A stretch of DNA of 63,297 bases, filler included. It is 7 parts of 7 records of this genome, joined end to end, with 100 filler letters (N's around TTAATTAATTAA, not from the genome) between each part and the next. Parts side by side here need not be neighbours in the genome. Positions count along the whole stretch, not along the records: positions 27,905 to 36,548 come from SRR11831585_786; positions 36,649 to 41,742 come from SRR11831585_789; positions 41,843 to 44,118 come from SRR11831585_790; 4 more parts are not named here. One strand, 5' to 3'. Position 1 is the first letter of the stretch; every line of letters begins with the position of its first letter. Both the position numbers and the translations under genes were made by a program. Below, in pieces: positions 28,159 to 42,410 of this stretch. Under the pieces are notes generated by a model, which was given only the letters and a program-made list of their open reading frames with translations, made no database searches and was not told the DNA's origin.

Positions 28159-30421
28159 CCTGGATCTCCTTCGACAGTTCGACAAAGAAGGCGCTGTATC
28201 CGGCAACGCGCACCACCAGCCCGGCATAATCTTGTGGGCGCTGTTGCGCTTCCCGCAACGTGTCGGCGTTCACCACGTTAAACTGAATATGTTGTAACTT
28301 AAGCTGGGTAAACGCCCGTAAGAAGTCGGCCAGTTTGCGTAATCCTGCTTCACCTTCCAGGGTCGCCGGAGTGAATTTCACGTTCAGCAACGTACCGTTA
28401 GACAGCAGCGTGTTATCGAGCTTACTGACTGACTTCAGTACCGCTGTTGGCCCTTGTGCGTCCTGGCCCAGCATGGGTGACAAGCCGCCGTCTGCCAGCT
28501 GTTCTCCGGCAAAACGACCGTCTGGCGTCGCGCCAACCACCGATCCCAACGGGACGTGAGCAGAAACGGTATACGATCCCGGCGTGAAGTAGCCGCCGCG
28601 CGGGTTCTGGTATTTTTCCACTTCTTTGCAGTAGTGGCGCAACAGTTCGGCGCTGATGTTATCCACCTCGTCGATATCGTTACCGTATTTCTCGAAGCGG
28701 TTAATTAAGCGAGCGCGGACTTTTTCGCCTTCTGGCGTTGCGAAGTTGGCTTTTAATACCGACAGCAATTCGTCAAAACTTAAACGCTGTTGCTCAAAAA
28801 CCATCCCTTTCAACGCATGGAGAGAATCGCTCAGGTTGGCGATACCGATCCCCTGTACGCCGGAGAAGTTATAACGCGCGCCGCCATCGGTAATATCGCG
28901 GCCTTTTTCCAGACAATCGCTGATAAACGATGAGAGCAGCGGTACAGGTGCCCAGTCGCGATGGCCGATATCACAAATATTGCTGCCCTCAACCATCAGG
29001 GTGATGTAGTGGCTGATCTTGGCGCGGATCTGCTCCAGTAAACCTTCATAAGTCAGCGCAGCATTGCCTTCATTTTCATGCAGGCAGATTTCCATCACTT
29101 TCAGCAGATTAAACATCGCGATGTCATGCAAGCCGTAGGTTCTGCCGGGAATAGATAATTCCACACAGCCCACTACGGAATAGTCGCGCGCATCTTCCAG
29201 CGAAACGCCACGGTTGAGGAACGCTGGCACCACCACTTCATCGTTAAAGATTTGCGGAATACCGGTACCGAAGCGAATGGTTTCGGCGGTTTTCATCAGG
29301 AACGGCGTGTCGATCAAGGCGTTAGTGCGCACGCCGAGGTTCGGTTGCGGTAATTGCACGCTTTGATAGGCGTCAAGGCAAAGGAACGAAAGCACGTTCA
29401 CCGCGCTACGTCCGTTCTCGGTTAACCCGCCGAGCAGTGCGGTATAGCCGGTCGGGAAACCGGCGAAATAACGCGCGCTACTGGTGGAGCGCAACAGCAC
29501 GATGTCGTTGCATTTCACCCATAAAGATTCGAGCAGTTCTTTCAGGAACGCCGCATCTTCGCCCTGGGTTAATGATGTCTGATAGAACGGCAACATATAC
29601 TGGTCGAAGCGCCCCAACGATAGCGAACTGGCGTTGGATTCGTATTGCAGAATGATGTTCATGTACCAGAATAACTGGCACGCCTGCCAGAACGTCTGCG
29701 GCTTATGTTGCGCGTTATGGCGGGAGATCTCTGCAATAGTCAGCAGCTCTTCGCGACGCTGGGCATCTGTGCAGTTTGCCGCCATCGTTTCCGCCAGTTC
29801 GGCGTAACGCAAAATGTGTTTCTGCGAGGCTTCCAGCAGTAACAACGCGGCCTGATAAAAGTGATTCTCCGGCTGTTGCTGACAATGTTGCTGCATCTGT
29901 GCCACCAGCTCACCCAGCCCGTGATTCAACAGGCGTGGGTAATCAATAATAATGTGCCCCTGGCCTTTATCCGTCTGGTTGATGCTGAAAATCTGCGTGT
30001 TGGTCGCGGCTTTTACTTCATCTGTCATCTGCCCGTTGATGAAATCTTTCATCGAACGTTTTTCCCAGTACGGGAACAACTCTTCACGGTAGATACGTTT
30101 ATCTTCTTCGCTGATAGCAAAGCGGTCCTGCGGACGCGTCGGGAATTGATCCAGCTCTTTCAGCAGCCAGTAAGGGTCCATTTCCGGCGACATAATCCCG
30201 GCGCGCGGTTTTACGGTGCGGTTACCGGCAATCAGTTCTTCATCACGAATCGAAATTTCAACATGTTCAAGGATATACGCTGTTGCTTTCGCCCGGCGCA
30301 ATATCACCGGTTCGCCTTCGGTTTGCCGATGGCTGGCGGTATAAAGCAGCGCCCGCTCCAGCGAGATTTCACGGGTATTGGCAAACAGTGCAGTTTTGAG
30401 GCGAGAGATACGATTCGTCAT
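28124..30421 (-). CDS. pflD: glycyl radical enzyme PflD (putative formate acetyltransferase 2)
   Basis: VVGCVE active-site Cys and RVAGYS glycyl radical loop; 765 aa. Confidence 0.95.
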   Translation of the reverse strand: MTNRISRLKTALFANTREISLERALLYTASHRQTEGEPVILRRAKATAYILEHVEISIRDEELIAGNRTVKPRAGIMSPEMDPYWLLKELDQFPTRPQDRFAISEEDKRIYREELFPYWEKRSMKDFINGQMTDEVKAATNTQIFSINQTDKGQGHIIIDYPRLLNHGLGELVAQMQQHCQQQPENHFYQAALLLLEASQKHILRYAELAETMAANCTDAQRREELLTIAEISRHNAQHKPQTFWQACQLFWYMNIILQYESNASSLSLGRFDQYMLPFYQTSLTQGEDAAFLKELLESLWVKCNDIVLLRSTSSARYFAGFPTGYTALLGGLTENGRSAVNVLSFLCLDAYQSVQLPQPNLGVRTNALIDTPFLMKTAETIRFGTGIPQIFNDEVVVPAFLNRGVSLEDARDYSVVGCVELSIPGRTYGLHDIAMFNLLKVMEICLHENEGNAALTYEGLLEQIRAKISHYITLMVEGSNICDIGHRDWAPVPLLSSFISDCLEKGRDITDGGARYNFSGVQGIGIANLSDSLHALKGMVFEQQRLSFDELLSVLKANFATPEGEKVRARLINRFEKYGNDIDEVDNISAELLRHYCKEVEKYQNPRGGYFTPGSYTVSAHVPLGSVVGATPDGRFAGEQLADGGLSPMLGQDAQGPTAVLKSVSKLDNTLLSNGTLLNVKFTPATLEGEAGLRKLADFLRAFTQLKLQHIQFNVVNADTLREAQQRPQDYAGLVVRVAGYSAFFVELSKEIQDDIIRRTAHQL

Positions 30422-30471
30422 GAGGAACTCCTGTGGGAAAGCGAACCCGCCCTTGCGAGCGGGAGAAGAAC

Positions 30472-30792
30472 TTAAGCGGTTTGCGCCAGGTGAGCTTCAA
30501 TTTTGCTCATAATGGCGTCAGCACGTTTTACTGCATCGCTGATGTTGACGCGCACGATGGTCTTGCCAGCAAAACGCTCTTCAAACTTGATGCCGATATC
30601 TTTGGTCAGAATCACCATATCAGCGCTCGCCACATCTTCCGCAGTCAGTTCATTTTCCAGACCAATTGACCCCTGGGTTTCTACTTTCACTTCCCAGCCT
30701 TTCGCTTTCGCGGCACTTTCCAGCGCCTCTGCTGCCATATAGGTATGGGCAACACCTGAAGGACATGCGGTTACTGCAATAATTTTCGTCAT
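30472..30792 (-). CDS. frwB: PTS fructose-like EIIB component
   Basis: ACPSGVAHT and VETQGS motifs. Confidence 0.94.
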   Translation of the reverse strand: MTKIIAVTACPSGVAHTYMAAEALESAAKAKGWEVKVETQGSIGLENELTAEDVASADMVILTKDIGIKFEERFAGKTIVRVNISDAVKRADAIMSKIEAHLAQTA

Positions 30793-30806
30793 GGCTCGTT
30801 CCTCAA

Positions 30807-31886
30807 TTAATTAATTTCAAAATCCAAATCCAGGTCGTCTTCTTTTTCATCAGTCGAAGACCCATTTTTACGCGCCAGACTTTTCAGCACGTTCACACAA
30901 ACAGCCGTCACCACTGCTCCGACAGCCACTGCTGCGATATAACCCAGCTTGCCTTCAACCACCGGCAGCACAATCAGACCACCCCAGCCTGCATAGCACT
31001 GCGCACCGACCAGCGCCGCAGTTACTGCACCACAAACTGAACCGACCATGATGGAAGGAATGACACGCAGCGGATCGGCAGCGGCGAAAGGAATCGCCCC
31101 TTCAGTAACGCCAACACAGCCCATCACCAGTGCCGCTTTGCCGGTTTCGCGCTCTTCTGCGGAGAAATTTTTACGACCAATCAGCGTCGCCAGCCCCATC
31201 CCCAGCGGCGGGATACAAATACCCACGGCAGCGATGGCCACCACGGTATAAACACCCTGAGCAACGCAAATCAGCATGAAGGCATAGGCCACTTTGTTAA
31301 CCGGACCGCCCATATCGAACGCCAGCATCAGACCCATGATCACCGCCAGCATAACAATGCTGCCCTGCTGCATCCCCTGAAGCCACTGAGTCAGGCTGTT
31401 GGTCAACGCCCCTACAGGCTCGCCCAAGCCCCACATCATGATGCCTGCGGTAATCAGTGTGCCGACGATAGGAATAATGAAGATAGGCATCACCGAGCGC
31501 AGAACTTTATGCACCGGAATTTTCTTCAGGTAATGCACCACGATGCCGCCGATAATCCCGGCGATCAGTGCACCAAAGAAGCCCGCACCAAAGCTGTTAC
31601 CAACCCAGGCACCGATAGCGCACGGAGCCAGCGCAGAACGCTCTGCAATGGAATAACCGATGTACGCTGCGAGGAAAGGCACCATCAGCGTCAAGCCCGC
31701 AACGCCGATATCAAACAGTTTTTTCAGATTTGGATCGGCTACGGCATCCGGCACTGCGCCTTTGCCATACAACATGACGGAAACCGCCAGCAAAATACCG
31801 CCCGATACCACGAAGGGAATCATGTGTGAAACGCCCGTCATTAAATGCTGACGGGTATTTTTCAGGATCTGCACCAACTCATTCAT
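30807..31886 (-). CDS. frwC: PTS fructose-like EIIC component
   Basis: HLMTGVSHMIP, FDMGGPVNK, TEGAIPF motifs. Confidence 0.94.
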   Translation of the reverse strand: MNELVQILKNTRQHLMTGVSHMIPFVVSGGILLAVSVMLYGKGAVPDAVADPNLKKLFDIGVAGLTLMVPFLAAYIGYSIAERSALAPCAIGAWVGNSFGAGFFGALIAGIIGGIVVHYLKKIPVHKVLRSVMPIFIIPIVGTLITAGIMMWGLGEPVGALTNSLTQWLQGMQQGSIVMLAVIMGLMLAFDMGGPVNKVAYAFMLICVAQGVYTVVAIAAVGICIPPLGMGLATLIGRKNFSAEERETGKAALVMGCVGVTEGAIPFAAADPLRVIPSIMVGSVCGAVTAALVGAQCYAGWGGLIVLPVVEGKLGYIAAVAVGAVVTAVCVNVLKSLARKNGSSTDEKEDDLDLDFEIN

Positions 31887-32194
31887 AAGCTGCTCCCGGG
31901 CTTGCGAAAGCCCATGTCCATATTTTTGATGGAGGAAACAATAGGCAATCGCAGGCGGAGCAAACAGTGGATAAAAAGGCCATTTACTGGACTTTTGTAA
32001 TATCAGTACAAAAATGCGATCCGCCTCATAACTTGCGATAAACCGGAAGCATGCCGCAAAACAGCGTCTTGTGAGACGCGTCGCAAATTGACGGTTACAT
32101 TACATTTGTCCAGCTTTTGGCAGATTTGTCACATGGCAGGCCGTTGCCGTGCGCTCTTATCCTGTAAACAGAAAACCGTACCGGGAGAGAGGCA

Positions 32195-34696
32195 ATGGCC
32201 CTGATTGTGGAATTTATTTGTGAGCTACCTAACGGCGTACATGCGCGTCCGGCAAGCCACGTTGAAACGCTGTGTAATACTTTTTCATCACAAATTGAGT
32301 GGCATAACCTGCGCACTGACCGCAAGGGCAACGCCAAAAGCGCCCTTGCGCTGATTGGCACCGATACGCTGGCGGGCGATAACTGCCAGTTACTGATTTC
32401 CGGGGCCGACGAACAGGAAGCGCACCAGCGTTTAAGCCAATGGCTGCGCGATGAATTCCCCCACTGCGATGCGCCGCTGGCGGAAGTTAAATCTGACGAA
32501 CTGGAACCACTGCCGGTTTCACTGACCAATCTGAATCCGCAAATTATCCGCGCCCGCACCGTGTGCAGCGGTAGTGCAGGCGGCATTCTGACGCCGATCT
32601 CTTCTTTAGATCTCAATGCGCTGGGTAATCTTCCCGCAGCCAAAGGCGTTGACGCCGAGCAATCCGCACTGGAAAACGGCCTGACGCTGGTACTGAAAAA
32701 CATTGAGTTTCGTCTGCTGGATAGCGACGGTGCTACCAGCGCGATTCTGGAAGCTCACCGATCCCTGGCTGGCGATACTTCCCTGCGCGAACATTTACTG
32801 GCAGGCGTCAGCGCCGGATTAAGCTGCGCCGAAGCAATTGTTGCCAGCGCGAATCACTTTTGCGAAGAGTTTTCCCGTTCCAGCAGCAGCTACCTGCAAG
32901 AACGTGCCCTGGACGTACGCGACGTCTGCTTCCAGTTACTCCAGCAAATCTACGGTGAGCAACGCTTCCCGGCACCGGGCAAACTGACGCAGCCCGCCAT
33001 TTGTATGGCTGATGAACTGACCCCCAGCCAGTTCCTCGAACTGGATAAAAATCACCTCAAAGGATTGTTGCTCAAAAGCGGCGGCACCACCTCACATACG
33101 GTGATCCTTGCCCGTTCGTTCAACATTCCAACGCTGGTTGGTGTGGATATTGATGCCCTTACTCCGTGGCAGCAACAAACGATTTATATCGACGGCAACG
33201 CCGGGGCGATTGTGGTTGAGCCAGGGGAAGCCGTAGCTCGTTATTATCAGCAAGAAGCCCGCGTACAGGACGCCCTGCGTGAGCAACAGCGTGTCTGGCT
33301 GACCCAACAAGCCCGTACCGCTGACGGTATCCGCATTGAAATTGCCGCTAACATCGCTCACTCCGTGGAAGCGCAGGCCGCATTCGGCAATGGTGCGGAA
33401 GGCGTTGGTTTGTTCCGCACTGAAATGCTCTATATGGATCGCACCAGCGCACCGGGCGAAAGCGAGTTGTACAACATTTTTTGTCAGGCGCTGGAATCCG
33501 CCAACGGACGCAGCATTATTGTGCGCACTATGGACATTGGCGGCGACAAACCCGTTGATTATCTGAACATTCCCGCAGAGGCAAACCCGTTCCTCGGTTA
33601 TCGCGCCGTGCGTATTTATGAAGAGTACGCGTCGTTGTTTACCACGCAGCTACGGTCGATCCTCCGCGCCTCCGCTCACGGCAGCCTGAAAATCATGATC
33701 CCGATGATCTCCTCAATGGAAGAGATCTTATGGGTGAAAGAAAAACTGGCGGAAGCCAAACAGCAACTACGTAACGAACACATTCCGTTTGATGAGAAAA
33801 TCCAGCTCGGCATCATGCTGGAAGTGCCGTCGGTGATGTTCATCATCGATCAATGCTGCGAAGAGATTGATTTCTTTAGTATTGGTAGTAATGACCTGAC
33901 GCAGTATCTGCTGGCGGTGGATCGCGATAACGCTAAGGTTACTCGTCACTACAACAGCCTGAATCCGGCATTCTTGCGGGCGCTCGATTACGCCGTGCAA
34001 GCGGTGCATCGCCAGGGCAAATGGATTGGTCTGTGCGGTGAGCTGGGAGCGAAAGGTTCCGTGCTGCCGTTGCTGGTCGGCTTAGGGCTGGATGAACTCA
34101 GCATGAGCGCACCATCAATTCCGGCGGCGAAAGCTCGGATGGCGCAACTTGATAGCCGTGAGTGCCGCAAGTTGCTCAACCAGGCAATGGCCTGCCGTAC
34201 TTCGCTGGAAGTAGAACACCTGCTGGCGCAATTCCGCATGACCCAACAAGACGCACCGCTGGTCACCGCCGAGTGCATCACACTGGAAAGCGACTGGCGC
34301 AGCAAAGAAGAAGTGCTCAAAGGCATGACCGATAACCTGCTGCTGGCGGGCCGCTGCCGCTATCCGCGTAAACTGGAAGCCGACTTGTGGGCGCGCGAGG
34401 CCGTTTTCTCTACCGGTCTGGGCTTTAGTTTTGCCATTCCACACAGCAAATCAGAACACATTGAGCAATCCACCATCAGCGTGGCGCGTCTGCAAGCGCC
34501 GGTGCGCTGGGGCGATGATGAAGCGCAATTCATCATTATGTTAACCCTGAACAAACACGCTGCGGGCGATCAGCATATGCGCATTTTCTCGCGCCTCGCT
34601 CGCCGCATCATGCACGAAGAATTCCGTAACGCGCTGGTTAACGCCGCCTCTGCCGACGCTATCGCCAGCCTGCTGCAACATGAACTGGAACTGTAA
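32195..34696 (+). CDS. ptsA: multiphosphoryl transfer protein HPr-EI-EIIA (PtsA/FrwA)
   Basis: GVHARPA (HPr), TSHTVILAR (EI His), AIPH (EIIA-Fru). Confidence 0.94.
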
Positions 34697-34707
34697 AAGG
34701 AAACATC

Positions 34708-35370
34708 ATGGAACTGTATCTGGACACCGCTAACGTCGCAGAAGTCGAACGTCTGGCACGCATATTCCCCATTGCCGGGGTGACAACTAACCCGAGCATT
34801 ATCGCTGCCAGCAAGGAGTCCATATGGGAAGTGCTGCCGCGTCTGCAAAAAGCGATTGGTGATGAGGGCATTCTGTTTGCTCAGACCATGAGCCGCGACG
34901 CGCAGGGGATGGTGGAAGAAGCGAAGCGCCTGCGCGACGCTATTCCGGGTATTGTGGTGAAAATCCCGGTGACTTCCGAAGGTCTGGCAGCAATTAAAAT
35001 ACTGAAAAAAGAGGGTATTACTACACTTGGCACTGCTGTATATAGCGCCGCACAAGGGTTATTAGCCGCACTGGCAGGGGCAAAATACGTTGCTCCGTAT
35101 GTTAACCGCGTAGATGCTCAGGGCGGAGACGGCATTCGTACGGTTCAGGAGCTGCAAACGCTGTTAGAAATGCACGCGCCAGAAAGCATGGTGCTGGCAG
35201 CCAGCTTTAAAACGCCGCGTCAGGCGCTGGACTGTTTACTGGCAGGATGTGAATCCATCACCCTGCCCTTAGATGTAGCGCAACAAATGCTCAACACCCC
35301 TGCGGTAGAGTCAGCTATAGAGAAGTTCGAACACGACTGGAATGCCGCATTTGGCACTACTCATCTCTAA
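34708..35370 (+). CDS. fsaB: fructose-6-phosphate aldolase 2
   Basis: GVTTNPS, VVKIP, APYVNR transaldolase-family motifs. Confidence 0.94.
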
Positions 35371-35380
35371 AGGAGCAATT

Positions 35381-36484
35381 ATGGACCGCATTATTCAATC
35401 ACCGGGTAAATACATCCAGGGCGCTGATGTGATTAATCGTCTGGGCGAATACCTGAAGCCGCTGGCAGAACGCTGGTTAGTGGTGGGTGACAAATTTGTT
35501 TTAGGTTTTGCTCAATCCACTGTCGAGAAAAGCTTTAAAGATGCTGGACTGGTAGTAGAAATTGCGCCGTTTGGCGGTGAATGTTCGCAAAATGAGATCG
35601 ACCGTCTGCGTGGCATCGCGGAGACTGCGCAGTGTGGCGCAATTCTCGGTATCGGTGGCGGAAAAACCCTCGATACTGCCAAAGCACTGGCACATTTCAT
35701 GGGTGTTCCGGTAGCGATCGCACCGACTATCGCCTCTACCGATGCACCGTGCAGCGCATTGTCTGTTATCTACACCGATGAGGGTGAGTTTGACCGCTAT
35801 CTGCTGTTGCCAAATAACCCGAATATGGTCATTGTCGACACCAAAATCGTCGCTGGCGCACCTGCACGTCTGTTAGCGGCGGGTATCGGCGATGCGCTGG
35901 CAACCTGGTTTGAAGCGCGTGCCTGCTCTCGTAGCGGCGCGACCACCATGGCGGGCGGCAAGTGCACCCAGGCTGCGCTGGCACTGGCTGAACTGTGCTA
36001 CAACACCCTGCTGGAAGAAGGCGAAAAAGCGATGCTTGCTGCCGAACAGCATGTAGTGACTCCGGCGCTGGAGCGCGTGATTGAAGCGAACACCTATTTG
36101 AGCGGTGTTGGTTTTGAAAGTGGTGGTCTGGCTGCGGCGCACGCAGTGCATAACGGCCTGACCGCTATCCCGGACGCGCATCACTATTATCACGGTGAAA
36201 AAGTGGCATTCGGTACGCTGACGCAGCTGGTTCTGGAAAATGCGCCGGTGGAGGAAATCGAAACCGTAGCTGCCCTTAGCCATGCGGTAGGTTTGCCAAT
36301 AACTCTCGCTCAACTGGATATTAAAGAAGATGTCCCGGCGAAAATGCGAATTGTGGCAGAAGCGGCATGTGCAGAAGGTGAAACCATTCACAACATGCCT
36401 GGCGGCGCGACGCCAGATCAGGTTTACGCCGCTCTGCTGGTAGCCGACCAGTACGGTCAGCGTTTCCTGCAAGAGTGGGAATAA
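35381..36484 (+). CDS. gldA: glycerol dehydrogenase
   Basis: [26 protein letters not shown]; start MDRIIQS (367 aa). Confidence 0.96.
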
Positions 36485-36491
36485 CCTACTC

Positions 36492-36518
36492 CAAACTCCC
36501 GGCTTGTCCGGGAGTTTG
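36492..36518 (+). terminator. hairpin after gldA
   Basis: CAAACTCCCGG-cttgt-CCGGGAGTTTG. Confidence 0.75.
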
Positions 36519-36528
36519 AACGCAAAAT

Positions 36529-36548
36529 TGCCTGATGCGCTACGCTTA
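36529..36548. repeat. truncated REP at contig end
   Basis: TGCCTGATGCGCTACGCTTA. Confidence 0.8.
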
Positions 36549-36648
36549 NNNNNNNNNNNNNNNNNNNNNNNNNNNNNNNNNNNNNNNNNNNNTTAATTAA
36601 TTAANNNNNNNNNNNNNNNNNNNNNNNNNNNNNNNNNNNNNNNNNNNN
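36549..36648. other. artificial contig linker 3
   Basis: N44-TTAATTAATTAA-N44. Confidence 0.99.
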
Positions 36649-37041
36649 TTTTTTTATGTGTCTGAATTTGCACTGTGTCACAATTCCAAATCTTTATTAA
36701 CAACTCACCTAAAACGACGCTGATCCAGCGTGAATACTGGTTTCCCTTATGTTCATCAGATTCATTTAAGCAAGGGTTTCTTCTTCATTCCTGATGAAAG
36801 TGCCATCTAAAAAGATGATCTTAATAAATCTATTAAGAATGAGATGGAGCACACTGGATATTTTACTTATGAAACTGTTTCACTCCTTTACTTAATTTAT
36901 AGAGTTACCTTCCGCTTTTTGAAAATACGCAACGGCCATTTTTTGCACTTAGATACAGATTTTCTGCGCTGTATTGCATTGATTTGATGCTAATCCTGTG
37001 GTTTGCACTAGCTTTAAGTGGTTGAGATCACATTTCCTTGC

Positions 37042-37083
37042 TCATCCCCGCAACTCCTCCCTGCCTAATCCCCCGCAGGATGA
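37042..37083 (+). promoter_or_regulatory. MalT boxes of the malPQ promoter
   Basis: GGA(G/T)GA cores: TCATCC 37042-37047 and TCCTCC 37055-37060 (reverse), GGATGA 37078-37083. Confidence 0.75.
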
Positions 37084-37130
37084 GGAAGGTCAACATCGAG
37101 CCTGGCAAACTAGCGATAACGTTGTGTTGA

Positions 37131-39548
<2,418 letters not shown>

Positions 39549-39557
39549 GGAAGCTCG

Positions 39558-41642
39558 ATGGAAAGCAAACGTCTGGATAATGCCGCGCTGGCGGCGGGGA
39601 TTAGCCCCAATTACATCAATGCCCACGGTAAACCGCAGTCGATTAGCGCCGAAACCAAACGGCGTTTGCTTGACGCGATGCATCAACGTACCGCCACGAA
39701 AGTGGCGGTAACGCCAGTCCCGAATGTCATGGTTTATACCAGCGGCAAAAAAATGCCGATGGTGGTGGAGGGCAGCGGCGAATATAGCTGGCTGCTGACC
39801 ACCGAAGAAGGAACGCAGTACAAAGGCCATGTAACGGGGGGCAAAGCGTTCAATCTACCGACGAAGCTGCCGGAAGGTTATCACACGCTGACACTCACCC
39901 AGGACGACCAGCGCGCGCATTGCCGGGTGATTGTCGCCCCGAAACGCTGTTACGAACCGCAGGCGTTGCTGAATAAACAAAAGCTGTGGGGTGCCTGCGT
40001 TCAGCTTTATACGCTGCGATCGGAAAAAAACTGGGGTATTGGGGATTTTGGCGATCTCAAAGCGATGCTGGTGGATGTGGCAAAACGTGGCGGGTCGTTC
40101 ATTGGCCTGAACCCGATTCATGCGCTCTATCCGGCAAATCCGGAGAGCGCCAGCCCATACAGCCCGTCTTCTCGCCGTTGGCTGAATGTGATTTATATCG
40201 ACGTTAACGCCGTTGAAGATTTCCATCTTAGCGAAGAGGCTCAGGCCTGGTGGCAGTTGCCGACCACGCAACAGACGCTGCAACAGGCGCGCGATGCCGA
40301 CTGGGTCGATTACTCCACGGTTACCGCCCTAAAAATGACAGCATTACGAATGGCGTGGAAAGGTTTCGCGCAACGTGATGATGAGCAGATGGCCGCGTTT
40401 CGCCAGTTTGTTGCAGAGCAGGGCGACAGCCTGTTCTGGCAGGCAGCCTTTGATGCGCTACATGCCCAGCAAGTGAAAGAGGACGAAATGCGCTGGGGCT
40501 GGCCTGCATGGCCAGAGATGTATCAGAACGTGGATTCACCAGAAGTGCGTCAGTTCTGCGAAGAACATCGTGATGACGTCGATTTTTATCTCTGGTTGCA
40601 GTGGCTGGCTTACAGCCAGTTTGCCGCCTGCTGGGAGATAAGCCAGGGCTATGAAATGCCGATTGGCTTGTATCGTGATCTGGCGGTTGGCGTAGCGGAA
40701 GGTGGGGCGGAAACCTGGTGTGACCGTGAACTATATTGCCTGAAAGCATCGGTTGGCGCGCCGCCGGATATCCTCGGCCCGTTGGGGCAGAACTGGGGAT
40801 TACCGCCAATGGACCCGCATATCATCACCGCGCGTGCCTATGAACCGTTTATCGAGCTGTTGCGTGCCAATATGCAAAACTGCGGCGCATTACGAATTGA
40901 CCATGTGATGTCGATGCTGCGTTTGTGGTGGATACCGTATGGCGAGACGGCAGATCAGGGCGCGTATGTTCACTATCCGGTGGATGATCTGCTCTCGATT
41001 CTGGCACTCGAAAGTAAACGTCATCGCTGTATGGTGATTGGTGAAGATCTCGGTACCGTACCGGTAGAGATTGTCGGTAAGCTGCGCAGCAGCGGTGTGT
41101 ACTCTTACAAAGTGCTCTATTTCGAAAACGACCACGAGAAGACGTTCCGTGCACCGAAAGCGTATCCGGAGCAGTCGATGGCGGTTGCGGCGACACATGA
41201 CCTGCCAACGCTGCGCGGTTACTGGGAGTGCGGGGATCTAACGCTGGGCAAAACCCTGGGGCTGTATCCGGATGAAGTGGTACTGCGCGGTCTGTATCAG
41301 GATCGCGAACTGGCGAAGCAAGGGCTGCTGGATGCACTGCATAAATATGGTTGTCTGCCGAAACGTGCCGGGCATAAGGCATCGTTGATGTCGATGACGC
41401 CGACGCTGAACCGTGGTTTGCAGCGCTACATTGCCGACAGTAACAGTGCTCTGTTAGGACTACAGCCGGAAGACTGGCTGGATATGGCCGAACCGGTGAA
41501 TATTCCTGGCACCAGTTACCAGTATAAAAACTGGCGACGCAAGCTTTCCGCAACGCTTGAGTCGATGTTTGCCGATGATGGCGTGAACAAGTTGCTGAAG
41601 GATTTGGACAGACGGCGCAGAGCTGCAGCGAAGAAGAAGTAG
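39558..41642 (+). CDS. malQ: 4-alpha-glucanotransferase (amylomaltase, GH77)
   Basis: GAPPD, RIDH, GEDLG, THD motifs. Confidence 0.98.
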   Translation: MESKRLDNAALAAGISPNYINAHGKPQSISAETKRRLLDAMHQRTATKVAVTPVPNVMVYTSGKKMPMVVEGSGEYSWLLTTEEGTQYKGHVTGGKAFNLPTKLPEGYHTLTLTQDDQRAHCRVIVAPKRCYEPQALLNKQKLWGACVQLYTLRSEKNWGIGDFGDLKAMLVDVAKRGGSFIGLNPIHALYPANPESASPYSPSSRRWLNVIYIDVNAVEDFHLSEEAQAWWQLPTTQQTLQQARDADWVDYSTVTALKMTALRMAWKGFAQRDDEQMAAFRQFVAEQGDSLFWQAAFDALHAQQVKEDEMRWGWPAWPEMYQNVDSPEVRQFCEEHRDDVDFYLWLQWLAYSQFAACWEISQGYEMPIGLYRDLAVGVAEGGAETWCDRELYCLKASVGAPPDILGPLGQNWGLPPMDPHIITARAYEPFIELLRANMQNCGALRIDHVMSMLRLWWIPYGETADQGAYVHYPVDDLLSILALESKRHRCMVIGEDLGTVPVEIVGKLRSSGVYSYKVLYFENDHEKTFRAPKAYPEQSMAVAATHDLPTLRGYWECGDLTLGKTLGLYPDEVVLRGLYQDRELAKQGLLDALHKYGCLPKRAGHKASLMSMTPTLNRGLQRYIADSNSALLGLQPEDWLDMAEPVNIPGTSYQYKNWRRKLSATLESMFADDGVNKLLKDLDRRRRAAAKKK

Positions 41643-41653
41643 AGTGCGGTTGA

Positions 41654-41742
41654 TGCCGGATGCGATGCTTGACGCGTCTTATCCGGCCTACTAATTCATC
41701 CCGAATCGTAGGCCGGATAAGGCGGTCACGCCGCATCCGGCA
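41654..41742. repeat. REP pair (BIME) at contig end
   Basis: TGCCGGATGCGATGCTTGACGCGTCTTATCCGGCCTAC and GTAGGCCGGATAAGGCGGTCACGCCGCATCCGGCA. Confidence 0.9.
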
Positions 41743-41842
41743 NNNNNNNNNNNNNNNNNNNNNNNNNNNNNNNNNNNNNNNNNNNNTTAATTAATTAANN
41801 NNNNNNNNNNNNNNNNNNNNNNNNNNNNNNNNNNNNNNNNNN
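41743..41842. other. artificial contig linker 4
   Basis: N44-TTAATTAATTAA-N44. Confidence 0.99.
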
Positions 41843-41942
41843 AAAAAAATGTGGATCAAATATATAATCCACTTGCGTTCGCTGTGCGCCGCACACCGCT
41901 GGGGGGCACTCATTTTCTGGCTACTTCGTACGTGCATTCACC

Positions 41943-42110
41943 ATGCAGATGAGCCTGGGCTTCAAAACGGGTGTGCAGGGGTTGGTGCTCGGAACCGCAT
42001 TAGCAATGGTCTGGCGCAAGTACATGATTGTGGACGCGAGGGAGCAGCGACGACAGTTCTACGATGCTCAGTTGAAGGAGAACATTAAGAAACTCGCCGA
42101 GGACGATTAA
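41943..42110 (+). CDS. 55-aa single-TM protein, possibly cytochrome c oxidase Cox9/COX6C-like
   Basis: MQMSLGFKTGVQGLVLGTALAMVWRKYMIVDAREQRRQFYDAQLKENIKKLAEDD*; ACC-ATG context; alternative ATG at 41949; TM then RRQFY resembles yeast Cox9 REKFY (from memory). Confidence 0.5.
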   Translation: MQMSLGFKTGVQGLVLGTALAMVWRKYMIVDAREQRRQFYDAQLKENIKKLAEDD

Positions 42111-42410
42111 GTATTTGGTGCGTTGGTTCGCCTTTTCCCAACGTGAATGTTTGCTCATAGTTGCTGTGTAGATTGGTGTCTGTTGACTGCAACCTGCCCC
42201 TAGAATTAGCACTAGTCAAGCTTCCAAGTTATCGTCGTCTATAATGAAGATTGAGTAGACTTAACTCGCATTCTTTGCGCAAGGTATGATCACACTCGGT
42301 TTACTGTTATCACAGACCCCGGAGTCCGAGCTCTCGCTACCTCGTTCTCTCTCAGGTTTCATCGTACTGTACACACAAAAGAAACAGCCCATCACAGCAA
42401 CGCGTCCACC

